A stretch of 63,941 nt of DNA, the filler included, from Craspedostauros australis (Eukaryota): NCBI GenBank assembly GCA_030167865.1. It is 10 parts of 10 records of this genome, joined end to end, with 100 filler letters (N's around TTAATTAATTAA, not from the genome) between each part and the next. Parts side by side here need not be neighbours in the genome. Positions count along the whole stretch, not along the records: positions 32,082 to 37,883 come from JALAGF010006200.1; positions 37,984 to 41,754 come from JALAGF010006201.1; positions 41,855 to 51,698 come from JALAGF010006202.1; 7 more parts are not named here. One strand, given 5' to 3'. Positions 34,500 to 47,274 of this stretch are shown here, piece by piece. Numbering within the stretch: the stretch's first letter is position 1; each line of letters begins with the position of its first letter. The translations under genes and the position numbers were made by a program. The notes beneath the pieces were generated by a model. It was given only the letters and a program-made list of their open reading frames with translations. It did no database searches and was not told the origin of the DNA.

Positions 34500-36503
34500 C
34501 AAATAGCTTGTGAGTGACTGGATCCATCTAGAAGGTGTTGCGGATTGTACGCGGCCAAATCACGGGATACCGCACGGCGGCTGTGTGCAGTGTGCAGGGT
34601 GTTGACCAAACCTTCATATGAAAGATTCAACATATATCTTTCCACCAATGACATCATAGCAACGACGCTTCTATGGGTATGGGGGTGGCTTGCGAGGATC
34701 TGGGTCCTTCTGGAAGGAGTGCTGGCACCCAAATCTATGAATCTCGTGATACTGTGCGGTACTCATGGCGCTGTACTCTACTCCGCATATCTATGCATTC
34801 GGCAGGCCGTTTTGAGAGGTCCAACCAACCTCACTACTCCAATCATACTCCAGAGAGTACGGACATGAATTTTGAAGTCTTTGATCCATCAGGAACGGAT
34901 CCAATTCTATGAATGCAAATATCACACAGTAGTGATTGGTACGCATCGCACTGTACATTAATTTGGATGTTTGTACACAGGAACTGGCAATTGTATTCCA
35001 ATNNNNNNNNNNNNNNNNNNNNNNNNNNNNNNNNNNNNNNNNNNNNNNNNNNATATTATACATGTTCATCATCATCTTCATATTGCCAGTATAGTCCACA
35101 CGAATGTAAATCATCCAATGAGGGGAATACGTGACTACTTTAGTTGCAGATATGTACATCATCCATCTGTTTGCTCCAATTTCTTGCGTTGTGGATCGTA
35201 TTCTGACGACATCTTCATTGCAAGGGACAAAAATAGTACAGTTTAACAAATTCAGCGCATCGAAGGCATTCCAATGGGTATACAAATAGCTTGTGAGTGA
35301 CTGGATCCATCTAGAAGGTGTTGCGGATTGTACGCGGCCAAATCACGGGATACCGCACGGTGGCTGTGTGCAGTGTGCAGGGTGTTGACCAAACCTTCAT
35401 ATGAAAGATTCAACATATACCATTCCACCAATGTCATCATAGCAACGACGCTTCTATGGGTATGGGGGTGGCTTGCGAGGATCTGGGTCCTTCTGGAAGG
35501 AGTGCTGGCACCCAAATCTATGAATCTCGTGATACTGTGCGGTACGCATGGCGCTGTACTGTACTCCGCATATCTATGCATTNGGCAGGCCGTTTTGAGA
35601 GGTCCAACCAACCTCACTACTCCAATCATACTCCAGAGAGTACGGACATGAATTTTGAAGTCTTTGATTCATCAGGAACGGATCCAATTCTATGGATGCA
35701 GATATCATACAGTAGTGATTGGTACGCATCGCACTGTACATTTATTTGGATGTTTGTACACAGGAACTGGCAATCGTATTCCAATCCAACGCTCCGACCA
35801 CACCAATCATACGCCAAAGAGTATGAAAATGAAGTTTGAAGTTCTTTATCCGTTTGGAAGGGATCGCAATCTATGGATGCTGATATCACACTGTACTGAA
35901 CCGTCCGCGTCACACTGTATAGCATTCTGAGAATACGTGCATATAAAATGTTGGCCATATTGTAATCAAATGCTTGGATGACTCCGACCACACTCCAATG
36001 GGTGCGGCCATGAAGTTTGAAGTATTGGATCCATCTGGAAGCAATCCAAAGCTGGGGATAAGGATATCTGGTGATGCTGTTTGGGAGGGGGCTTTACGAT
36101 GCGCATTGCGCTGTGCAGCCTTCTGCGGATATGTTCATTCAGCCAGCTGGCTTGAGAGATCCGACCAACTGCGCTGCGTCAAGTAGACTCCGAAGGCTGT
36201 GGCCATGGAGGTTGAAGTCCCATATCCATTTGGAAGGGGTCCCTTTCTACGGATGCTGAAGTGGAGTGTCACTGANNNNNNNNNNNNNNNNNNNNNNNNN
36301 NNNNNNNNNNNNNNNNNNNNNNNNNNNNNNNNNNNNNNNNNNNNNNNNNNNNNNNNNNNNNGCTTCAAACCCCATGTCTGTGCTCTGTGGAATGCGTTCG
36401 GATTCACCAAAGTGTTGGATTTGAATATGACCGCCAATGTCTATGTACATATTCTCAGAACGCTGTACAGCGTGACGCGTACTGTTCAGAACCGCGTGAT
36501 ATC
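34500..36503. repeat. Degenerate ~181-bp tandem array with a ~783-bp higher-order duplication and a terminal inverted unit
   Basis: GATCCATCTGGAAG-like core near 34521, 34702, 34883, 35303, 35485, 35666, 35847, 36028 and 36223; 36400-36503 is the reverse complement of about 35880-35985. Confidence 0.7.
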
Positions 36504-37927
36504 CACGGTGATTTTTTGTTGCGTCAGGACGCAAAATCACTGTTTTTTGTCTCCTGACGCAAAAGTACCCGGATGGATAAAATTGGTTGCGCCAGGACGC
36601 AAAATTGAATTTAACGTGGAGATTTAACACGGGGCGAANNNNNNNNNNNNNNNNNNNNNNNNNNNNNNNNNNNNNNNNNNNTGTCGTCATTTGTCGCCTG
36701 TGCTTTTGGACAAATACTGTGTGTTTTACCGTGTTGTTTTGTACTGATGGATGCAAATCTTATCTGCGCTCCACATCCAGCAACAATAGTATCAAAACAA
36801 CTCTCTGAATGTTGCAATGCATATATTAGTGATTTATGTGTTGTACATTGCCTTATTTACCTTGTGCATGCTCTCCTGCTTGCGAAGAGGAGAAAAGGAG
36901 CCAGGTATGTTTATCGGGCTCTGTCGTCCTCCTTCCTGTTGTGATCTTACCACTCTCCTTGCCAGCTTGGCTGCCTATGTTTGATACTTCTGTGTTCAAA
37001 GAGTGCTTCCAGTCACCCATCAGCTCCGTGTTGTCTGTGGAGTTGGTTGAAGCACACACTTCGTGCCTTCGGCACGACGATTCGCCTCTGTACATTGATC
37101 ATCAACCACTTGTTTGTCACGCAAGTACAAGGCTCTCGTTCATTCCGTATCGCTTCAAATCAAAAGGGATGCTCCTTCATTTGTCCTCACACTTGTGCTT
37201 ACCAGATTTGGACTTCCAACACTCAGCGCATCCCCACCGCAAACAGGGTCGCAGGCAAGAGCTTGCACCATCAAAGGCATGAATGTCCTTCCTGTGCAGA
37301 GTTCAGCTCCAAGACCACATGAGACATACATACATACAAGAGAAGCATATCATGTTTGCCGGTATGGGCATCCGCATCATTGTCAAATGAGCCCCCTTTG
37401 GTTGGCAGAAACTAACGTGTGAGGTGATGAGTGCATTCTTGGCGGCCATACTTGTTGCCAGAATCTGGATGAATCCGATTGCCGTCCTGCTATCAAATAT
37501 GTACATCTTCTTATTCACGTTAATAAGAACAATAATAAGTCACTGAATGTCCTCCGCGTACAAAGTTACCTTGAAGGCTTTAGTGTTGCCCGCCTACAAC
37601 GAGCCTAGGGCCGACTGCACTGAAATGACTTCCCTGTGTCTCTCACTGCCTAGCCTACCACGATTTGTCAGCACCATGGGCCATCAAACATACCGCACTG
37701 GGCATCCGACTTGCGCCCGCTATGCTCTTTCACGAACCTCATGCACTGATCCGTGCTCCACATTGTTGCTTGTTCGCCCTTCCTCCCAAGGCCCCGTATA
37801 ACCGTCGTTTGCGCAGACCCATTTCTCGTCACTGCACTCTCACGGCGTGTGTGAGTCCTTGGCGTACTCCTCTTCTCTCCTGCNNNNNNNNNNNNNNNNN
37901 NNNNNNNNNNNNNNNNNNNNNNNNNNN

Positions 37928-37939
37928 TTAATTAATTAA
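37928..37939. other. Artificial scaffold linker
   Basis: TTAATTAATTAA in N run. Confidence 0.97.
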
Positions 37940-37983
37940 NNNNNNNNNNNNNNNNNNNNNNNNNNNNNNNNNNNNNNNNNNNN

Positions 37984-39335
37984 TCAACATGTCACCACGT
38001 CGACAGCTGTCTCCAAGTCAGAGCAGGAGGCGAAGATCCGATGACTGAAGAGGGCATCAGCATCATGAATACTGAAGGTGAACTTCAAATGGTAAGTACT
38101 CATGGAGTAAAAGCCAGTATTGAATGAACAGAGTGTCAAATGCGGAGCACGCATTGAACACGGAATATCGTGTAGCACGAGTACACGATGTTGAGAGAGA
38201 GAGAGAGAGAGNNNNNNNNNNNNNNNNNNNNNNNNNNNNNNNNNNNNNNNNNNNNNNNNNNNNNNNNNNNNNNNNNNNNNNNNNNNNNNNNNNNNNNNNN
38301 NNNNNNNNNNNNNNNNNNNNNNAGAGTATCGGAGTGCCAACGTAATGAAATAGCAAACAGACGACTATCAACCAACACCATCTTCCACGTTCGTAGGTTA
38401 CCGTGAGCGGAACTTGCCAACATGGCACCTCCCCTGCACACTGCCAGAAGTGCAACACATCCTTGCAGCCTCCACAACTGTCGAGATGTACATGTGAGTA
38501 TACGTCAAGATGTACGTGTATATGTGCATCGTTCACCTGTTATTCTCTCATACACACTTGAACGGTATAACTANNNNNNNNNNNNNNNNNNNNNNNNNNN
38601 NNNNNNNNNNNNNNNNNNNNNNNNNNNNNNNNNNNNNNNNNNNNNNNNNNNNNNNNNNNNNNNNNNNNNNNNNNNNNNNNNNNNNNNNNNNNNNNNNNNN
38701 NNNNNNNTCAATGGTACCAAGAGAATCTCAAGGTACTTCCCAACTAAACCTCAGATGACGATATCATCTGACAGACTACTGCATCATCAATGGAACGTGA
38801 CATCTGGAGAGCAGAAGGACGCCCACTGACGTCGACAGGATGTCAACATGTCACCACGTCGACAGCTGTCTNNNNNNNNNNNNNNNNNNNNNNNNNNNNN
38901 NNNNNNNNNNNNNNNNNNNNNNNNNNNNNNNNNNNNNNNNNNNNNNNNNNNNNNNNNNNNNNNNNNNNNNNNNCATGAATACTGAAGGTGAACTTCAAAT
39001 GGTAAGTACTCATGGAGTAAAAGCCAGTATTGAATGAACAGAGTGTCAAATGCGGAGTACGCATTGAACACGGAGTATCGTGTAGCATGAGCACACGATG
39101 TTGTGAGAGAGAGAGAGAGAGAGAATACAGAGAGGAGCGAGAGAGGATCTCGCGTACCGACTCATAGTCGGAGACTGAATCTACAAAACAGATTGAAGCG
39201 CCGAGAGCATCAGGCAAGAGAACGAACGGACACTGAGAGTATCGGAGTGCCAACGTAATGAAATAGCAAACAGACGACTATCAACCAACACCATCTTCCA
39301 CGTTCGTAGGTTACCGTGAGCGGAACTTGCCAACA
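37984..39335. mobile_element. Two direct copies of the LTR-like repeat (<37984-38422 and 38479-39335) separated by 56 bp; right end abuts a copia integrase
   Basis: Ends GCCAACA at 38422 and 39335; start TGTCGAG at 38479; the copies are nearly identical. Confidence 0.7.
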
Positions 39336-41754
39336 TCCCTGCAGCCAACGTCGATCGCCTCCATGAGACGGTGGCAATGGATACGCTCTTCTCGGATACC
39401 CCCGCTCACGATGATGGGGTTCCGGTTCATGGCGGGTGCACCATGCTTCAGGTGTACGTCGCCCTCGACTCTCGGTTCACAGCCGGCTTCCCCATGCCAT
39501 CTGAAAACCGCATCTCCGATACCCTTCGTGACTTCATCCGACGCCACGGGGCTCCCGACCTTCTGATGTCCGATAACGCCAAGGCTCAGATCGGCAACAA
39601 GGTCACGGAGATCCTTTGCCAATACCATATCCGGGATCACCAGAGTGAGCCGGGGCACCAGCACCAGAACGGCGCGGAGCGCCGGATCCAAGATATCAAG
39701 CGCACCACCAATGGTGTGATGGATCGCACGGGGACCCCCGACCGATTCTGGCTGATCTGCACGCTCTATGTGATTGACCTCTTCAATCACATCGCGCAGG
39801 TTACCGCTGGTTCCATCACCCCCCTCCAAGCCGCCTTTAGCCAACGACTGGACATCTCCAAGTTCCTCTCCTACCGATGGTGGCAACCAGTCTACTACCG
39901 GGTTGACAACCCTTCCTTCCCCAGCCAGTCCAAGGAACGCCGTGGACGCTGGGCCGGTCCCTGTCTCCACAAGGGGGACGACCTCACCTTCTGGGTACTC
40001 GATGATGAGACCCAGCGGCTCCTTCCTCGCTCCGCCATACGGCCGGCTGACGACTCTTCCACCCGCAACCTTCGTGCGGACTTTCCCTTCCCCATTGTTG
40101 GGGAGGATGATGGATCTGATGCCATGGATACGGCGTCTGGGGAGCCTGACGACGACATCTCCGTCCCTCCAGACCTCGATCCCATCGTCCACTGTCTCTC
40201 TGACTCCATCCTGGCTGACTGCCGTGGCACAGACCCCGAAACAGTGGGGAATGCAAAGGTCCGCATCCCAAGGTTCTCTCCTGAGGATCTTGTTGGGATG
40301 ACCTTCATCCACGAGAAGGATGGTCAACAGGTCCGAGCTGAGGTGGTGCAGAAGGTCAATGACCTTGACGCCGCCAACCACCAACGCATCAAGATGCTTC
40401 TCTCATTGGCAGATGGGGAGACACACGACCTGATCTCCTATGTTGAGCTCGCTGACATCATCGAACGTCAGCGAGAGCACAGCGACGATCCCGACGCCAA
40501 GTGGGAGTTCGACTCCATTGTCGGACATGAAGGACCCCTCACATCTTCCTCCCCCACCTACAAGGGATCCAGATTCAACGTCATTGTGAAATGGGGAGAC
40601 GGCTCCACCTCCACTGAGCCCCTTTCCATCATGATTCAAGATGACCCTGTCTCATGCGCTGCCTACGGCCGCCGCCATGAACTGCTCGACGAGCCTGGTT
40701 GGAAGCGCCTCAAGCGCCTCGGCATCCGCACCCACCGTCTCGAGCGCCAGGTCCACAAGTCCAAGACCTTCTCCCATGCCCCGACCTTCCAGTTCGGTGT
40801 CCAAGTCCCTCGCAACCACAAGGAGGCAATGAGACTCGATGACAAGAACAGCAACACTCTCTGGGCCGATGCCAAGAAGAAGGAGATGGACCAACTCTTC
40901 GGGTACCGTACCTTCAAGACCCTTGGGAAGGGTGCCCCGGTACCCTCCGGCTTCCAGAAGATCCGCCTTCAGTGGGTCTACGCTGTGAAGCATGACCTCC
41001 GTCACAAGGCGCGTTGCGTCGCTGGCGGCCACCTCACTGAACCCTGCAAGGATGCGTCCTACGCAGGTGTGGTCAGCCTTCGCTCCCTCCGACTCTCCCT
41101 CCTCGCCGGGGAACTCAACGGCATTCCAACATGGGTCAGAGACATCGGCAATGCATATCTTGAGGCCTTCACTCAAGAGCGCATCTGCTTCGTCGCTGGT
41201 GACGAATTCGGTGACTTCGCTGGTCATACCATGCAGATAGTCAAGGCACTCTACGGCCTGCGCACATCGGGTGCCCGGTTCCACGAGGCCCTCGCCGACA
41301 CCCTTCGCGACATGGGGTTCCTCCAGTGCCGCTCGGATCCTGACGTCTGGATGCGAGACGCCCAGTCCCACTGGGAATACGTCTGTGTCTACGTCGACGA
41401 CCTCACCGCCACCATGGCGGATCCCAAGACCTTCTTCGACACCCTCTCTTCCAAGTATGGGTACCAGCTCAAGGGAGTTGGTCCCATCAAGTACCACCTC
41501 GGTGCTGACTTTGGTCGCGACCCCGACGGTACCCTCAAGCTCTCTCCACAGTCCTACATCAAACGGATGTTGGAGAACTACGAGCGCATGTTCGGTGAGC
41601 TCCCTCGCAAGGCCAGCTGTCCCCTCGACAAGGCCGACAGTCCTGAACTGGACATCTCTTCCGAACTCTGCGAAACCGACAAACGCAAGTTCATGTCCCT
41701 CATCGGTGCACTCCAGTGGTGTATCTCCCTCGGGCGGTTCGACATCTCTGTCGC
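39336..41754 (+). mobile_element. Ty1/copia (CoDi-like) pol fragment: integrase, chromodomain-like segment, reverse transcriptase
   Basis: PAANVDRLHETVAMDTLFSD, LMSDNAKAQ, SEPGHQHQNGAERRIQD, GRWAG; RT WVYAVKHDLRHKARCVAGGH, DIGNAYL, KALYGLRTSGARF, YVDD, SLIGALQW. Open frame of over 800 aa. Confidence 0.93.
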
Positions 41755-41798
41755 NNNNNNNNNNNNNNNNNNNNNNNNNNNNNNNNNNNNNNNNNNNN

Positions 41799-41810
41799 TT
41801 AATTAATTAA
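41799..41810. other. Artificial scaffold linker
   Basis: TTAATTAATTAA in N run. Confidence 0.97.
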
Positions 41811-44800
41811 NNNNNNNNNNNNNNNNNNNNNNNNNNNNNNNNNNNNNNNNNNNNGAGGCTTTGTGAGCCCAACATGCCCGTCCCATTCAATTCCGCGTTC
41901 TGTGGAAACCACAGAGACTCTCTTGGCGTTCGCTGGAGCTTCAGCCACTGTCGCGATTTGGGTGTACTGCTTCCTTTGGGTCCAGCTTTGTCGATACAGT
42001 CGATACCATAGAATTGGAGAGGCAGCCAGGTCCCAGATGTCATCTTGATATGGCTCCTTCCACCATCACCACAACCTGTCATTGCAGTGCCACTTGCCCA
42101 ATGGTCGGTGTAGTGTTATACCTTGGTACCACATTGATCTGCACCACTGTTGCCACTCCTTCCACCAACCACTTGGTAATCTCTGTGGTTGCTTCGCCCA
42201 TCATCTTGGTATGATGGACGCCCGTATTCCTTCGTGCGCCTCTGACAAGATCCTGGTACCTTCAACTGACATGATGTCTGACAATCACAACACCCCTAGT
42301 TTTTTATTCACATGTTCAGGTGGTAGAGCTGCGCCCCCTTCACCTGCTGCCAGGTCCATGTATCCATCAGAAAGGAGTCGCCTTCACACTGCGTTTCGCT
42401 GGACGTCGTTGTTTCGCGCACCTCAATGCTGGTACCCTGTAGTTGACCCCACAGATCAGCAATCCAGAATTTGGTTGTGCAATGTCCGAGCCAAGCATGC
42501 GTATATTGGAATAGGGAACTCCCTACCCCTAGCTCCTCCTTGAGCGCTTGGACCAAGCACTTGACCATCTTTCCGGTCTGGGCCTCTGATGAATCTCATC
42601 GAAAGCCAGCTGAATCTGAGCCATCAGCTGGGAATTGGCAGGACTTACAATGCCCAATCCTCCAAGGGATTTCGTGCCGTACACCAGATGTCTTGGCTGG
42701 GTTCGCGAGCAGCCCATCTTTGGCAGGGACACTAGTAGCGCCGGCGCCATGATGTATCGCCACTGCATCTGAGTGAGCTGGACTAGCGGCAAGGCATACT
42801 CAATTGCCTTCATGAATCTCAGTGTAAGCGCCGATCTTGCGTCCTCTGGGGAGATCTGCGCAGTACGCATCCTTCCTCCGACGTCTTTGGCTTTCTTTCA
42901 CAACTGCCTCACTTGCTCCCCATTGTCTCTGTCAAACTCAATGAGCACGCCCAGGGTGAACAGCGGCTGATCCATCGTCTTGTTGGAGATCTCCGCTCTT
43001 GTACCTTGTCCTTCGTCGATGCGAATATTGGTGGTGGCCTTGGCATCGCGTCGTTCCCATTCATCGGTGTTGAACTCCGGTTGGATGGCCCACCATGCTG
43101 ACTTCTCTGGTATCAGCTCTCCTCCTGTAACTTGCAGCAGTTGGCTCTAATCCTGGACTGTCTGTTTCAAGGCTTCGGTATCGGCGCCGTCGTGCTCCCG
43201 TTTCTCGAGTCGGATCAGGTCGGTATCATCAACCAATTCCAAGCCTAGCACTGGTATGAACTCTCCCAGCAGACTGGACAAGGCCAACATGTGGCCCAGT
43301 CTTGTCATGGCCTTAAACATGACAGAGCTGATACCAGCCCAGATTGCAGGGCCTGCCCCATTGTCTTGTCCAATGCCATGCATGTCACAGTCAGTGCCTT
43401 TTTTGTAGCACCTGCTGGACACTCCATATGCAGTGCTGATGTGGTGTCTGGCATCGCGTATGGTTTTGAACATGCTCCTTGTAGCCGATCCATTCGCACC
43501 CGCGGCCATCATCGCCGCAGCTGCAAAGTTGGGTATGATCCTGTTGGAACACAACTTCGCATCATTGGAACAGAACACCACTGCTACCTTCTGTTCGAAT
43601 CCGAGGACAATGGTGAGCTGCTTGCTCAGTGCAACACTCATCGCCGATCTGCGCTTTCGGCTCCCTAACTGAAAGCCCGATAGCCAACCGGCCTTCTCCG
43701 CTGTCTGCATCATCTGCTTGCCGAGCCGCTTGTTGTTCAGGTTGAATTGTGCGCCCATGAGCTGTATCGTACGCAATTTTCAATGTTGAACACTTGCGCC
43801 TTCTTGAGAATTTCCACATCGGTAACGCGTTGCCACGGTGTTGTAGAATGCCCGGTCTGGTATGGTGCCTCCTTCAGCATTGTATCCACGTGGGCCAGTG
43901 CCTGAACCATTGCAGCAGCCTTGCAATGATCGAAATGGGGACAGCTCAGCTCTGAATTGGTGAGCTCCGTCTGCTTTTTCCAGGCCTTCGAATGCTCCAT
44001 TACAGTGAGTTCCGACTTGTCCTGCACAATAGACTCAAGGGACTCCAACAGAACCCTGATCATGGGGTCAATTGTCTCTGGTATGGGTGCCTCCGTCTCA
44101 ACGAGCTGTCGTCCAAGTTCTGGTATCCATATACGGTCCATGAGTTGCTTGCCCTATCCGATCACACAGGGGGTGCTGTTGGCCTGGGAGAACCTCTTCT
44201 TGTTTTCCCGGATGCATGCCGTGACTATCTTGTACTGCTCATTACATTCATGCAGCTGTCCTTTGTTGTCCATTAACAGAACTTTGGTGGTCATCAATTT
44301 GCCTTGCCCGAACGCCGCTCTGAGGCAGCCGGCTTGCTCTTGCTGCTTCTCCCTGTTCAGGAGCATTTGTAGAGCAGCTTCGTAATCCTGTTCGTTTGAG
44401 TCATGTCGTTGTCTTGCCATCCGCACCAGGTGATCTTGCCTTGCTTGCGTGTGCTCTATATTTTGCTTCTAGTAGGCTTTGTATGCTTCAGAGCACATTT
44501 GCTGTGCTTGTTGGAGGTTCATGCCTTCCTTGAGGCCTACCCACTTTCTGGCTCGCCGTTGAAGAGAGGAGTTCACTTTCACACCCAGGAGATGCTTCAC
44601 TTCAAGTGACCGGAGTTGAATCACGTCCTGAGAGCGTTGTATCTCTGGCGACCATGCAACTTCCCCCATTTTCAACTTGCTGCACCCTTTCTCCGCAAAC
44701 TGCCTGATCTGGTTCGTTTGTTCCAGGAGCTTGTTGAACTGGAGGCGCTGCTCTTGTGTCATGGTCCATCCTTGGGCCCTTGCTGTTGCCCACATTTCCT

Positions 44801-47051
44801 CCACACATCTATGTATGTTATGCTTGCTGCATTGTTCGAGGAGAGCGTTGTTGTAGCGTTGAACTACCCATGCGTCACTGAGCACCAGCCTCCTGGGGAC
44901 GCTGGATCGGACTGGCTTTATGACGGTCCCCAGAATCTGCGCTAAGCTGATGTCCATCCAGACGGCTTGGTGGTCCAATGGGATTGCGGCTCCAAATGCC
45001 AGATATCCGGCTTTCTCCACCTGTACTCCCTCTGTGACGTAGATTGTGTCGATGGGCACGTTTCTCCTGTTTGTTGGTGTGTGGCTTGTTGGGACTCCGT
45101 TCCTATTCTATCCTCCACCAAACTCTTCACTCCAATCGCTTCGAGTTGCTTGGATGTGTTGCTGTCCAGTACGTCGTTGTTAAGGTCCACTCCAAGTACG
45201 ATGGTGTTTTCTTCCATCTTCCATCTGTGTAGTTCCTCCAGCAAGCTTCTGGTGCATGCTTTGTGCGGATCGTCCTCTCTTCTTTTGGCGTCCAGGACCC
45301 TCGATTGCTGTGCCCATACGGTACTGTGTCCTTCAGTGGATCGGCACAGCCTATAGGCGGCAACCACTCGCAGCAGTCTGCCTCATTTTTCCTCCAATAG
45401 AGTCCAACACCATCACCTCATCTTGCTCTTGTCAACTCCGCTTTGGAACGCGCAAGCCGCCAGCTGTGCGGTCACCACAATTCCTGCGCCACTGTAAACC
45501 CTTGGGTCCCGCTTTGCTTCGTGTGTGTTGTACGAGAAATTGTGCTTGGACCTGGAGATCCGACATCTTCCTTGCTCTGACCATTGGTCCGTGGGTCGCA
45601 CATGGCCCCATCTTGTGTTGGTCTCAGCCATGAATAGCATGTCAAGGCCGCTCATCCTGATGAAGTCGAAAATCTCTTTGTTTTTCTGTTGGTATGAGTG
45701 TACGGGTATCTGGGATGCGTTCTGGAAGACGATGCGTATCGTCACCCCAGTCTTGTTGTTCATCGCATCCCCGCAAGAATCGTTCAGCCTACTCGCTTCT
45801 GTGTGAACAGTCATGTCTGTCATTGTGCTGTCCCTAATATGCTGTGGTATAGTTCAGTGTATCTGGCCTGTGGACAATATTCGTTGTTGTCTTGCTCCAC
45901 TTATTTTAGTGGTACTGGCTTCTTTCCTCGTTCTCTGTTGCTTCGTTTTGGTAAGGAAGGATTGGCGATCACTGTCATGATCCTTGAGTTGTGTTGGTGT
46001 GTTTCTGTATTGTTGTGTTATTGGTTCTTATTGCCTTTGCGTTTTGTTTGCTTCTGCTCCTTTTATTGTTTTCTACTCCTGTCTCATGGCTCCTTGGCCT
46101 TCAGGTGTGATTGGATCTGTGTCCATGGGGTCTTCCATCTTGTTGTCTCCTTGACTGCCCTCGTCCTCGTCCTCATCGTTGCTGTCGGTCTTGCTTGAGC
46201 TGTCCCTGCTGTCCTTGTCTTCTCCCAACTTCTGGGCCTTCATCTGGTCACTCTTGTCAGTCTCATGCTTGTCTTCCTCCAGGATGCTGCTACTCGGGTT
46301 GTCCGGGCCAAAGTCAATGTTGACTGACAGGTCCATCGCCAATTGCTGTGGCCTGGCTGACTTGTGTTTCGCAGTGTTTCCGATTGCGGCCCCAAGATGG
46401 GTGGTCTGCTGGGCCACTGATGCTGTTGCAAAAGTTGCTACAGTTCCGTTGTCCCCGTTCTGTGTTCTTGGGTTGGATGTCCTTTCAACCTCAAATTCCA
46501 TGAGCGGCACCAGTTTCATGTTGCCTTGTTCATCCATGTAGCCTTCCTGTCCAACATCCTCCGCGGATAGCTCAATCATCTCCTCTTCATCGAGATCGAG
46601 AAAGTGAGCACCCCTCTTGCGCGAGTTGCCCCATCTCCAACTCCTCCTTGCTTCTGACCAACCTGATTTCCTAGTCCACTTCGTAGTAGTTGTTTTGGGA
46701 CCATGCCTCTGGAGTAAACTATCCTTGGCATTTGTGGTCCAGCTTTTTGCTGCAGAAAAATGGTAGTTTGGAAATCAGTCCCCGCTCTTCCACCTGTCAT
46801 TTGGGATGGAAGATGAAAAAGGTGCGATTGCGGTCGGACTTGTCTGTATCCACTGACATGAACAATGTGTAGTCTGGGTCTTCAAAAGGCCAAAGATTCA
46901 TGATGACCTCGTGCAGAGTGAGTCTTCATATCAGCACTTCCACATCCAACTGCATGATAGAGTACATGCCCTCTGTCACCATTTTCTGTTCGAATGCGAC
47001 CTGATGCGCTACCATCGAACTCAAGTTTGCAAGTTCCAAGGGTGGGTGATA

Positions 47052-47274
47052 GAACTGTTGGTCAAGAGCGTCCTATCAGCACAAAACCGAATAGTGCTAA
47101 GTACCTTACTCCCGTAGCCCCCACTATCTATAAATTTCACTTGTGTTCGGATCAGCAATCGCATCGCCTGTAGCTCAAGGGTAGAGCACCAGTAATTCTA
47201 ACTGAGGTTCCAGGTTCGAATCCTGGCATGGTACTTTGCTTTTGCTCTCCCCTTGTGTTTTTACGATAGTGTTC
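47052..47274. mobile_element. 223-bp insertion in LINE ORF1, flanked by TA on both sides with GAAC...GTTC ends
   Basis: TA 47050-47051 and TA 47275-47276; ORF1 similarity stops at MRFMLDV and resumes at LANLSSMVAHQVAFEQK on the other side. Confidence 0.6.
47164..47234 (+). tRNA. tRNA-like sequence or pseudo-tRNA (nominal anticodon TTC in a non-canonical loop)
   Basis: A box TAGCTCAAGGGTAGAGC with GCTC/GAGC D stem; CAGT/ACTG stem with 7-nt loop AATTCTA; perfect T arm CCAGG-TTCGAAT-CCTGG. Acceptor stem only 4/7 paired; no U33 or purine 37. Confidence 0.7.

Noticed and set aside
34500..36300. CRISPR-like repeat-spacer array
   Set aside because: The whole unit is homologous and degenerate, the period is about 181 bp, there are no cas genes, and the context is eukaryotic.
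47194..47202. Possible amber-suppressor (CTA) or Arg (TCT) anticodon in the tRNA-like sequence
   Set aside because: The CAGT/ACTG stem centres the loop on TTC; other registers lose pairing, and the acceptor stem is broken.
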